Source: Candidatus Kuenenia stuttgartensis
Lineage (GTDB): Bacteria > Planctomycetota > Brocadiia > Brocadiales > Brocadiaceae
Reading direction: 5' to 3'
Assembly: GCF_900232105.1 (NCBI RefSeq)
Contig: NZ_LT934425.1
Location: forward strand, 1,380,001 to 1,412,000
DNA length: 32,000 nucleotides
Positions 10,460 to 18,259 of the stretch are shown in pieces (the stretch's first letter is position 1; each line of letters starts with the position of its first letter). Made by a program: the position numbers and the translations under genes. The notes below the pieces were generated by a model. The model was not told where the DNA came from. It ran no database searches and saw only the letters and a list, made by a program, of their open reading frames with translations.

Positions 10460-13003
10460 CTACCTGTTTTCAATCATTTCCAGGTATTTTTTTATTTTTA
10501 AATGCCCCGGGCTAATCGCAATCGCTTCTTTCAACAACGTTTCTGCCCTATCTTTATTGCCTTGTTCGTAATGTATAACCCCTGCACGGAAAAGTGCTTC
10601 TGTGTGAGAAGGTTTAATACGAATGGTTTCTTCAAATGCTTGTAATGCGAGGGCATTATTTCCCATCCTGAGAAATACGTACCCAAGATTAAAACGAAAA
10701 TCGGGATTATCGGGAAGTAAATGAACTGCCTCCTGAAACTCTGACAGCGCACTATCCATGTCGCCTTTTTTTGCGAGGGAGGCGCCAAGGTTGTTGTGGG
10801 CATAAGGATACAAGGGGTCATATTTTATTGCCTGACGATATTCTTCTATCGCCTTATCAAGGATACCTTTTTTGTCATAAAGAGCACCAAGATTGTTGTG
10901 GGCATATGCCAGCGCCTGGTCAATCGCCAGTGCGGATTGATATGCCTCCACGGCAAGTTCGAATTGGTTTTTTGATTCATAAACATTGCCCAGATTGTAA
11001 TATGCGTCACTGTTTAATGGGTCTGCGGCAACCGCCTTCTTGTACGCGGCAATCGCATCTTCATCCATGCCTCTTTTGTTATACAATACGCCTAAATTAT
11101 TATGTGCATCGGCAAAACCGGGGTCGATTGCCAAAGCCGTATTGTATTCCTCAAACGCATCGTCATATTGTTCCATCTCAAAATAAATCTTCCCAAGGTT
11201 GTTATGCGCTTGTTTGTAATCCTGTTTTATTTGGAGTGCTTTTTTGTAAGAAGAAATTGCCTGGGGCAACTGATTCTTTTTTTTGTAAGCATTCCCCATA
11301 TTGTAGTGCACCGTAGCATAACGGGTAAATCCGGTTTCCTGTGATTTTTCTATTGCTTTGCGGTAATACATAAGGGCGGTATCCGGGTCATCTTTTTTAT
11401 TATACTGCGTGCCAAGATTATTATAGGTAGTAAAGCTGCAGAGTGGATTTTGAGCGGAATTGTACCACAGTGTAAATTCATTTTCCCAATGTCTGTTCCG
11501 GGTGATTGTGATGATCGCACAAACTATTAAAACCGGAATGATGAAAGAGTATTTAATCGCTTTCTTTTGATGTGTAATTGCCGTTGAAAAAACTATACAA
11601 CATCCTATGAATGGCAAATAAAGATAGCGGTCTGCCATAAGATTGCTTAACGGAATAATGTTTATGACAGGAAGGAGGGAAATAAAAAACCACAATATCC
11701 CAAACAATATGAAATAAAATCTTTCCTGTCGAAATGTTGCGCTATTTTTATCACATTGCTGCGGTTTGAAGGTTTGAAATATGCATTTTCTTTTTAAACG
11801 GAGAATGATAACAATAAGAGTTGTTAAAAATAAAAATGGCACAATAAAGGCAACCGACAGAGGCGATTTAATGGGTAAGACATGGTAGTCCACATTAAGA
11901 TTAAAAGGTATAAAGATATTGGAAATGTATCTGCCTGTTACTTTTGTTGATGTAAACAAGGCCGTCAGGAAACTATTACCGGGATATTCGATATTCTCAT
12001 GGATATTACGAAATACGATAAATCTGAGGATGAGATACATAATGCTGATCCCTATATAGCTTATGAAATAAGGAGATACGGCTATTTTTGCAAAAGCCCT
12101 GAAGAAAAGGCACGCCCTGTTTTTCCAATACCCGGGTTTTGAGGAGTTGTTTTGGGCATCTTCGGTGGGACCTGCACAGCGGTTGATATGGAAAGCGCCT
12201 GGTTCTTTTTCCAGGGATGGAGAGGGGATGTTTACCGTGCGTTCTTTGAAAAGGAAGCAAAAGGAAAAGATTAATCCCGGCAGCACAATGGCAGATTCCT
12301 TGGAAAGCAATGCCAGGAAATAGGTTGTCATTGCCGCAATATAAACAGGAATACAATGTTTGATTGCAGGCATTGGCGCCATTTCAGTAAAGAATATCCG
12401 GCGACGGTCTTTTGTTTTCTCAGGGTATGCGAGAGAAGACGTTTTTTTGTCAGAGAGCAGAAAAAGCAAAAAGGAGAGCAGTGCAAAATTGGTTGCAAGC
12501 AGGTCTTCTCTATAACTTATTGCGTTAACCGTTTCGTTTACAATGGGGTGCATTATGAACAACAGGGCAGCTAAAAATGCATGATTGATGTATGATGCAC
12601 TGCCCTCTATATACTGAGAAGCGGGGTATTTGACGGGGAAAAAGCATCTGCCCAAACAGCATATAAGAAAATACACCAGCACCGAATTTATTGTGTGTGA
12701 TACTACGTTTGTGATGTGATAACCCATTGGGCGGGATTGCCAGAGTGAATAGTCCACAAAATAAGAAAGAGTCACTACCGGCCTGTATGTCAGCTCTCCG
12801 GAGCGGGCAAAATAATCGTGGGTAAATAAGGCGGAAAGATTCCGCCAGTCTTCAATAAAATGGTTATCTATAATGGTAGAATTGTCATCGTAAACAAACT
12901 GGTTTGGCAGACAATTTAAATACGTGAGAATTGAAACGGTGGAAAGAATGACGATTGATAGAATATGTAATGATTTTTTGTTGCTATATATAGTCAAAAG
13001 CAT
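10460..13003 (-). CDS. Polytopic membrane protein with C-terminal TPR array (TMTC/PMT-like putative GT-C glycosyltransferase), 847 aa
   Basis: The N-terminal ~500 aa contain many hydrophobic helices and the block FVYDDNSTIIDNHFI...ELTYRPVVTLSYFVDY. The C-terminal ~330 aa contain about 9 TPRs (repeated AHNNLG..Y......A...Y..A). It is a paralogue of 19134-21263. Confidence 0.7.
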   Translation of the reverse strand: MLLTIYSNKKSLHILSIVILSTVSILTYLNCLPNQFVYDDNSTIIDNHFIEDWRNLSALFTHDYFARSGELTYRPVVTLSYFVDYSLWQSRPMGYHITNVVSHTINSVLVYFLICCLGRCFFPVKYPASQYIEGSASYINHAFLAALLFIMHPIVNETVNAISYREDLLATNFALLSFLLFLLSDKKTSSLAYPEKTKDRRRIFFTEMAPMPAIKHCIPVYIAAMTTYFLALLSKESAIVLPGLIFSFCFLFKERTVNIPSPSLEKEPGAFHINRCAGPTEDAQNNSSKPGYWKNRACLFFRAFAKIAVSPYFISYIGISIMYLILRFIVFRNIHENIEYPGNSFLTALFTSTKVTGRYISNIFIPFNLNVDYHVLPIKSPLSVAFIVPFLFLTTLIVIILRLKRKCIFQTFKPQQCDKNSATFRQERFYFILFGILWFFISLLPVINIIPLSNLMADRYLYLPFIGCCIVFSTAITHQKKAIKYSFIIPVLIVCAIITITRNRHWENEFTLWYNSAQNPLCSFTTYNNLGTQYNKKDDPDTALMYYRKAIEKSQETGFTRYATVHYNMGNAYKKKNQLPQAISSYKKALQIKQDYKQAHNNLGKIYFEMEQYDDAFEEYNTALAIDPGFADAHNNLGVLYNKRGMDEDAIAAYKKAVAADPLNSDAYYNLGNVYESKNQFELAVEAYQSALAIDQALAYAHNNLGALYDKKGILDKAIEEYRQAIKYDPLYPYAHNNLGASLAKKGDMDSALSEFQEAVHLLPDNPDFRFNLGYVFLRMGNNALALQAFEETIRIKPSHTEALFRAGVIHYEQGNKDRAETLLKEAIAISPGHLKIKKYLEMIENR

Positions 13004-13045
13004 TTATTTTTTAAAAAAATGGTTTTTTTCTTGCATTTAAAAACG

Positions 13046-13079
13046 CTCGTTCCCAAGCACGAAACACGAAACACGAAAC
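13046..13079. repeat. REP half-site (CTCGTTCCCAAGC) fused to a (CACGAAA)3 heptamer tract
   Basis: Read directly; located 43 nt upstream of the start of the 10460-13003 gene. Confidence 0.75.
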
Positions 13080-13118
13080 AAATTCTAATGACAAAATGAT
13101 TTGAAATTCTAAACAAAT

Positions 13119-13385
13119 GTAACACTTTAGTTTTTTTAAAAAACAAAAATACTCGTTCCCAAACCTTGTACTGAACATAGTGAAGTATCTGTTTGGGAAT
13201 GCATTTGTTTGAGAAACTCCGGTTTCTCGCCTGTTTGCTGATAGATAGGGAATAAAATCACAGGGTTAAGACAGTTTGTAATTTGTCAAGTCAGACCCTC
13301 ACTGGAAACAAAGTTTCCAGTGCAATTGCGTTCCCAAGCCGGAGCTTGGGAACGAGCGTTTTTTTTCATAGAACTAAAGTGTTAC
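13119..13385. mobile_element. MITE-like element (267 bp) with 14-bp TIRs and an 8-bp target-site duplication
   Basis: GTAACACTTTAGTT (13119-13132) and AACTAAAGTGTTAC (13372-13385) are perfect reverse complements. They are flanked by the direct repeat AAACAAAT at 13111-13118 and 13386-13393. There is no ORF. The element contains a long-loop REP variant (13154-13200), the palindrome CACTGGAAAC-AA-GTTTCCAGTG and a canonical REP (13329-13354). Confidence 0.8.
13329..13354. repeat. REP palindrome CGTTCCCAAGC-CGGA-GCTTGGGAACG
   Basis: 26/26 identical to the palindromes 36 nt upstream of both RAYT genes (30864-30889, 31769-31794). Confidence 0.9.
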
Positions 13386-13522
13386 AAACAAATGCACCTT
13401 TAGTATTTTGCATTTCGTGCTTCTTATTGTTGTATGTTTTGGATTTGTTTTGAATTTTATGCTTTGTTATTCGGATTTGTTTCGTACTTCGTACTTCGTA
13501 TTTCGGATTTCACAATTACTGG

Positions 13523-14479
13523 TCAGATGGCTTTCTTTGCAATCCTTGTCCCGGAGCGGCCTTCAAATGCCTCGCGCACCTTGTCAAGCGAAGTAATAAG
13601 GGCAAATGATCCGCCCCATTCCAGGAAATGTATGGCTGCCTGGATTTTTGGACCCATACTTCCAGGCGGGAAATGCCCTTCGTCCAGATAGCGCTGCGCT
13701 TCATCTGCCGTTATGTTGTAAAGAGGCCGTTCGTTTGGTTTTTTATAATTGAGGAAAACGTTTTCCTCCCCGGTAAGCATAACCAAGGCACTGGCATTAA
13801 TATCTCTTGCCAGAACGCTTGAAGCAAGGTCTTTGTCTATGACAACGTCCACCCCTTCAAGGTCTCCGTTTTCCTTTATAATTACAGGAATACCTCCTCC
13901 CCCGGCGGCAATGACGATATTGCCAGCCCCTGAAAGGCATCTGATCGCCTGAATCTCTATAATCTTCAGAGGATTGGGCGATGCCACTACCCGACGATAC
14001 CCTCTGTGGCTGTCCTCCGCAATATCCCAGCCTTTTTCTCTTTGAAAACGTTCCGCCTCTTCTTTCCTGAAAAAAGGACCTATGGGTTTTGTCGGACACG
14101 AAAATGCCCGGTCGTGTTTGTCCACTACAACCTGCGTCAGAACCGTTACCACACAGGTATCTCTGTTTTCCCTTCGCAACGCATTGGTCAATGATTGCTG
14201 GATCATGTATCCGATTGCCCCTTCCGTATCGGCAACGCACATTCCAAGCGTAAGCTCCGGCGTCTGGTCACGGCAGGCCTCGGTCATAAGCAGCAAATTA
14301 CCCACTTGCGGGCCGTTTCCATGGGTGATTATTATATTATACCCCCTGTTTAAACAGTAAATGACTCCTTCCATACTTTTCCGTGTATTTTCGAATTGTT
14401 CCCCTACGGTTCCCTTTTGACCTTTCCGGATGAGAGCATTTCCCCCCAGCGCAATTACCATAGTATTTCTACCGTTCAT
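13523..14479 (-). CDS. arcC: Carbamate kinase
   Basis: Carbamate kinase motifs VIALGGNAL and ITHGNGPQVG, with length and overall pattern typical of ArcC. Confidence 0.9.
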   Translation of the reverse strand: MNGRNTMVIALGGNALIRKGQKGTVGEQFENTRKSMEGVIYCLNRGYNIIITHGNGPQVGNLLLMTEACRDQTPELTLGMCVADTEGAIGYMIQQSLTNALRRENRDTCVVTVLTQVVVDKHDRAFSCPTKPIGPFFRKEEAERFQREKGWDIAEDSHRGYRRVVASPNPLKIIEIQAIRCLSGAGNIVIAAGGGGIPVIIKENGDLEGVDVVIDKDLASSVLARDINASALVMLTGEENVFLNYKKPNERPLYNITADEAQRYLDEGHFPPGSMGPKIQAAIHFLEWGGSFALITSLDKVREAFEGRSGTRIAKKAI

Positions 14480-14555
14480 TGGAGTTTTTAACTTTTCAAT
14501 AAGTTGGGATTTTTATAATAATTTCTATCTTTCACTGTCCACAGTCCACAATCTG

Positions 14556-14604
14556 CAGTCGGCAATCCGCAATCCGCAATCCGCAATTTGCCGATTGCCG
14601 ACTG
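14556..14604. repeat. Hairpin CAGTCGGCAATC ... GATTGCCGACTG enclosing a (CCGCAAT)3 heptamer tract
   Basis: Perfect 12-bp arms, located between two minus-strand genes. No adjacent U-tract on either strand. Confidence 0.8.
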
Positions 14605-14648
14605 TATAGAATTCCCCATTAATAAAGGTGGCAAGCGGGTTGTTTATC

Positions 14649-15983
14649 TCAATTTATTGAGAAGTTACGGAGTTTTGCCCTGATAATCTTTTCGAGTTGA
14701 GGTTCGCCTGTTTCCTGCATGCCGTAACGTACTCGTTCTGCAGGTTTATCGATACGGATTATTTTTCTCAGATCTATGGGAGTTCCAATAAGTACGGTAT
14801 CGCACGGCGTGCGGTTGATGGATGCGCTTAATTCCTCAACCTGTTTCCGCCCGTATCCCATAGCAGGCAGCAGGTTTTCCATGTGGGGATATTTCCTGTA
14901 TGTTTCGTGAATCGACCCTACGGCGTAGGGTCTTGGATCAATAATTTCCAAAGCACCATATTGCCGGGCAGCAAGTACTCCCGCGCCAAAGGACATGCCT
15001 CCATGCGTAAGGGTAGGACCGTCTTCAATCACCAGCACACGTTTGCCTTTTATCAGGCTGATATCTTCAACCGTCACCGGCATTGCAGCGTCAATGATCG
15101 TTGCACCGGGATTCGACTTTTGTATATTTTCCCTTACCCTGCGTATATTTTCCGGTTTTGCGGTGTCCACCTTGCTGATAATAATAACCTCCGCAAGAAG
15201 GAGGTTTGTTTCACCCGGATAGTAAGAAAGTTCATGGCCTGGCCTGTGGGGGTCTGCAACAGTGATGTACAAATCCGGAAGGTAAAAAGGGGTATCATTA
15301 TTGCCTCCGTCCCATACAATGACGTCGGCTTCTTTTTCTGCCGCTTCCAGAATATCTTTGTAGTCAACTCCTGCATAAACAGTAGTGTTTTGTTCCACAT
15401 GGGGTTCATATTCTTCAATTTCTTCTATGGTACAGTCATACTTCCTGAAATCATCGTACGTGGTAAAGCGCTGTAAACGCTGTTTAAAAAGATCGCCGTA
15501 AGGCATGGGATGTCTTATTACCACAGGCTTCTTTCCCAGCCCCTTAACAATCTCACAAACTCTCCGGGAAACCGAACTTTTACCGCACCCCGTCCTCACC
15601 GCGCATATTGCAATAACAGGTTTATTGCTCTTCAACATGGTTTTTTGTGGGGCAAGGAGGGTGAAAGCAGCTCCCGCGGCATTCACCATACACGCCTTGT
15701 GCATAACATATTCATGCGAAACGTCGCTGTAAGAAAAGACAACTTCATCTATGGCATACGATTTTATCAGAAAGGACAATTTTTGTTCAGATTCAATGGG
15801 AATGCCGTTTGGATAGTGCTTTCCTGACAGTGAAGGGGGATATTGCCTCCCTTCAATATTAGGGATTTGTGCCGCAGTGAAGGCAACTACGTCATATGCA
15901 TGATTGTCGCGAAAGCAGACATTGAAGTTATGAAAATCCCTTCCCGCAGCACCCATAATAAGTATCTTTCTTCTGCCTTCCAT
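14649..15983 (-). CDS. COG2403-type P-loop protein (predicted GTPase / cyclic 2,3-diphosphoglycerate synthetase-like), 444 aa
   Basis: The N-terminus KILIMGAAGRDFHNFNVCFRDN...VVAFTAAQIP, the Walker-A-like AVRTGCGKSS and RHPMPYGDL match my memory of this family. The family name is recalled, not searched. Confidence 0.6.
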   Translation of the reverse strand: MEGRRKILIMGAAGRDFHNFNVCFRDNHAYDVVAFTAAQIPNIEGRQYPPSLSGKHYPNGIPIESEQKLSFLIKSYAIDEVVFSYSDVSHEYVMHKACMVNAAGAAFTLLAPQKTMLKSNKPVIAICAVRTGCGKSSVSRRVCEIVKGLGKKPVVIRHPMPYGDLFKQRLQRFTTYDDFRKYDCTIEEIEEYEPHVEQNTTVYAGVDYKDILEAAEKEADVIVWDGGNNDTPFYLPDLYITVADPHRPGHELSYYPGETNLLLAEVIIISKVDTAKPENIRRVRENIQKSNPGATIIDAAMPVTVEDISLIKGKRVLVIEDGPTLTHGGMSFGAGVLAARQYGALEIIDPRPYAVGSIHETYRKYPHMENLLPAMGYGRKQVEELSASINRTPCDTVLIGTPIDLRKIIRIDKPAERVRYGMQETGEPQLEKIIRAKLRNFSIN

Positions 15984-16033
15984 AGAAATTATTTCCCCCC
16001 GGCGCTGTCTTTGTATGCGCCATCAAAAACGCC

Positions 16034-16060
16034 CGTTCCCAAGCTGGCAGACTTTGAACG
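16034..16060. repeat. Degenerate REP (CGTTCCCAAGC-TGGC-AGACTTTGAACG)
   Basis: The left arm is intact and the right arm is decayed; located 51 nt upstream of the 14649-15983 gene start. Confidence 0.6.
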
Positions 16061-16090
16061 AGTGCAAATTTAGAATTTAAAATCTCATAC

Positions 16091-16128
16091 GGCTCATAGC
16101 TCATAGCTCATGGCTTATGGCTTATGGG
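16091..16128. repeat. Heptamer tandem repeat (GGCTCAT/AGCTCAT/GGCTTAT) x5
   Basis: Read directly. Confidence 0.9.
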
Positions 16129-16166
16129 TTTTTTCAACATTTACTGTACATCCACAATTATCACGT

Positions 16167-16553
16167 TTGTCATTGCGAGGGTCTTTTCCGAAGCAACCTC
16201 ATAAACCGTCATAGAGATCCTTCCATCCTGCATTCATTCCATTAATTAATTCTATTTTTTTAGCCCTTGAGCCACCTTTAATTTGCTTCTCCCGGAATAT
16301 GGCGTTTCTTACGTCACGAAATATCTCGTAGTATACTAACTTTGTAACATTGTACTTTTTTGTAAACCCCTCGACCCTCTTCTCTCTATGCTCATATACT
16401 CTTCTTTTAAGATTGTTCGTAACCCCTGTGTAGAGTACGGTATTATTTTTATTCGTCATTATGTAAACAGAGTATAATTTATCCATTACAATCACCTTGA
16501 TTGATCTGGCATTATAAAAAAGATTGCTTCGGAAAAGACCCTCGCAATGACAA
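16167..16553 (-). mobile_element. Compact GIY-YIG cassette bounded by perfect 30-bp inverted repeats
   Basis: TTGTCATTGCGAGGGTCTTTTCCGAAGCAA at 16167-16196 has its exact reverse complement at 16524-16553. The only content between them is the GIY-YIG ORF. Confidence 0.7.
16199..16495 (-). CDS. Small GIY-YIG nuclease-family protein (COG2827/UPF0213-like)
   Basis: YSVYIMTNKNNTVLYTGVTNNLKRRVYEHR forms the GIY...YxG...R core, with a downstream conserved Glu (FREKQIKG). The track start is GTG 16495; ATG 16486 (MDKLYSVYIM..., 95 aa) is the more likely start. Confidence 0.85.
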   Translation of the reverse strand: MIVMDKLYSVYIMTNKNNTVLYTGVTNNLKRRVYEHREKRVEGFTKKYNVTKLVYYEIFRDVRNAIFREKQIKGGSRAKKIELINGMNAGWKDLYDGL

Positions 16554-16768
16554 GTTTTGTAACATTGTACTTTTTTGTAAACCCCTCTACCCTCTTCTCT
16601 CTATGCTCATATACTCTTCTTTTAAGATTGTTCGTAACCCCTGTGTAGAGTACGGTATTATTTTTATTCGTCATTATGTAAACAGAGTATAATTTATCCA
16701 TTACAATCACCTTGATTGATCTGGCATTATAAAAAAGATTGCTTCGGAAAAGACCCTCGCAATGACAA
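16554..16768 (-). pseudogene. 3'-truncated GIY-YIG copy with its own right-hand repeat (215-bp tandem duplication)
   Basis: 16557-16768 repeats 16342-16553 almost exactly. The ORF (track 16492-16710) keeps the first ~53 aa and then reads into the 30-bp repeat (…VTKLVIARVFSEAIFFIM). Confidence 0.8.
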
Positions 16769-16774
16769 GCCGGG

Positions 16775-16795
16775 AGCCATCAGCCATCAGCCATC
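16775..16795. repeat. Heptamer tandem repeat (AGCCATC) x3
   Basis: Read directly. Confidence 0.85.
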
Positions 16796-17187
16796 TTAAA
16801 AATCGCTAAAATCCCCGTCCTCCATAGGAATTATATCTTCCGGCGCTGCCTTTGTCTGCACCATTTTACTGCCGTATCCTTATTATTCAACATATTATGC
16901 CATTATAAATATCTCTTCAGCTTAAAAAATGGCTGAAATGCGCTATGTATTCAGGTTTGGGTGAGGAAAAGAATAAAGGCAAATAATCAACTATTTGAGA
17001 TTTGAATATTGAACATTTTTCTTACTGCGTAACATGAGTTGCACGGTTTTGAAAATTGATGTTCAATGTAAACAACATGGTCTTTGCAAGCTTGGTATAC
17101 CTCCGGCGGGTTCAGGTTTCGTCGTGAGCTCAGCCGAACGGTTGCAAACCTGAACAGTATCAGATTGTCATTGCGAGGGGCGTCAGC

Positions 17188-17427
17188 TTGTCATTGCGAG
17201 GGTCTTTTCCGAAGCAACCTCATAATATCCGTCATAAGAGACCTCGACCCTCTTCTCTCTATGCCCATATACTCTTCTTTTAAGATTATTCGGAACCCAT
17301 GTGTAGAGCACTGTATTAATTTTATTCGTCATTATGTAAACGGAGTCTAATTTATCCATTACAATTACCTTGATTGAATCTGGCATTATAAAAAAGATTG
17401 CTTCGGAAAAGACCCTCGCAATGACAA
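17188..17427 (-). mobile_element. 240-bp internally deleted (non-autonomous) derivative of the GIY-YIG cassette
   Basis: It has the same perfect 30-bp inverted repeats (17188-17217 / 17398-17427). The interior keeps about 47 N-terminal codons (MDKLDSVYIMTNKINTVLYTWVPNNLKRRVYGHREKRVE) joined directly to the 3' end. Confidence 0.75.
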
Positions 17428-17755
17428 GTTGGGACATTTTGGAACCCGCAGGGCGCTGCTGAAGCCACTTGGCTACCCGTGCTACTTCGCGCAATGACAA
17501 AAGCTGAGAGTACCTTTAGGAACCCGCAGAGGTAGTAGTCTTTTTTGCATAACCATTTTTATGAAGGTATACTTCAACAAGGATGGGTTCCATGTTCAAC
17601 GGTTCAGGGGTTTTCATTAGTATACCTCCGGCGGGTTCAGTTTTCGTCGTAAGCTCAGCCGAACGGTTGCAAACCTGAACAGTATCAGATTGTCATTGCG
17701 AGGACATCAGCTTGTCTTTGAAGGGGCATCCGCTTGTCTTTGCGAAAGCATCCGC

Positions 17756-17995
17756 TTGTCATTGCGAGGGTCTTTTCCGAAGCAACCTCATAATATCCGT
17801 CATAAGAGACCTCGACCCTCTTCTCTCTATGCCCATATACTCTTCTTTTAAGATTATTCGGAACCCATGTGTAGAGTACTGTATTAATTTTATTCGCCAT
17901 TATGTAAACGGAGTATAATTTATCCATTACAATTACCTTGATTGAATCTGGCATTATAAAAAAGATTGCTTCGGAAAAGACCCTCGCAATGACAA
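17756..17995 (-). mobile_element. Second 240-bp internally deleted derivative of the GIY-YIG cassette
   Basis: Perfect 30-bp inverted repeats at 17756-17785 / 17966-17995; the interior is nearly identical to 17188-17427. Confidence 0.75.
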
Positions 17996-18259
17996 GCTGA
18001 TGCCCTCGCAATGACAAGTTGGGACATTTTGGAACCCGCAGGGCGCTGCTGAAGCCACTTGGCTACCCGTGCTACTTCGCAATGACAAGTTGATACCCTC
18101 ACAATGACAAGCTGGGAGTACCTTTTGCAACCAGCAGAGGTAGTTTTTTTTGCATAACCGTTTTTATGAAGGTATACTTCAACAAGGATAGGTTCCATGT
18201 TCAACGGTTCAGGGGTTTTCAGCCGTAAAACCCTTCATTTTATTTAAAAATATCCATTT

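Larger units (their letters stand above)
17096..18221. repeat. Two tandem copies (525 bp and 601 bp) of a composite repeat unit
   Basis: 17096-17620 and 17621-18221 are collinear. Each has TATACCTCCGGCGGGTTCAG..., a hairpin GGTTCAGGTTT...AAACCTGAAC, 22-bp GTCATTGCGAG sub-repeats, a mini GIY-YIG element, the block GTTGGGACATTTTGGAACCCGCAGGGCGCTGCTGAAGCCACTTGGCTACCCGTGCTACTTCGC, and ...GGTTCCATGTTCAACGGTTCAGGGGTTTTCA. Confidence 0.85.

Noticed and set aside
10531-12574. ORFs of 72-181 aa in other frames or strands within 10460-13003
   Set aside because: They are embedded in the 847-aa TPR/membrane gene, have atypical composition (Cys/His/Arg-rich), and have no recognisable motifs.
13408-13704. 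Small ORFs (62-85 aa) between the MITE and arcC
   Set aside because: They overlap the heptamer tracts and the 3' end of arcC in other frames or strands, and have no motifs.
14556-14604. Intrinsic terminator between the COG2403-type gene and arcC
   Set aside because: The stem is a perfect 12 bp, but no U-tract follows on either strand, so it is kept only as a repeat/hairpin.
17428-17490. tRNA-like fragment, since the minus strand contains GGGTAGCCAAGTGGC and CTGCGGGTTCC (second copy at 18018-18080)
   Set aside because: I could not fold a cloverleaf: the acceptor and anticodon stems do not pair and the T-loop is not GTTCRANYC. It is at best a decayed tRNA remnant inside the macro-repeat.
17084-18204. 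ORFs of 88-110 aa (17084-17350, 17183-17500, 17685-18017, 17712-17918, 17920-18204)
   Set aside because: They read through the 30-bp and 22-bp repeats (recurrent VIARVFSEAIFFIM and ACHCEGLFRSNL peptides). Only the ~47-codon GIY-YIG remnant is homologous to a real gene, and it is truncated.
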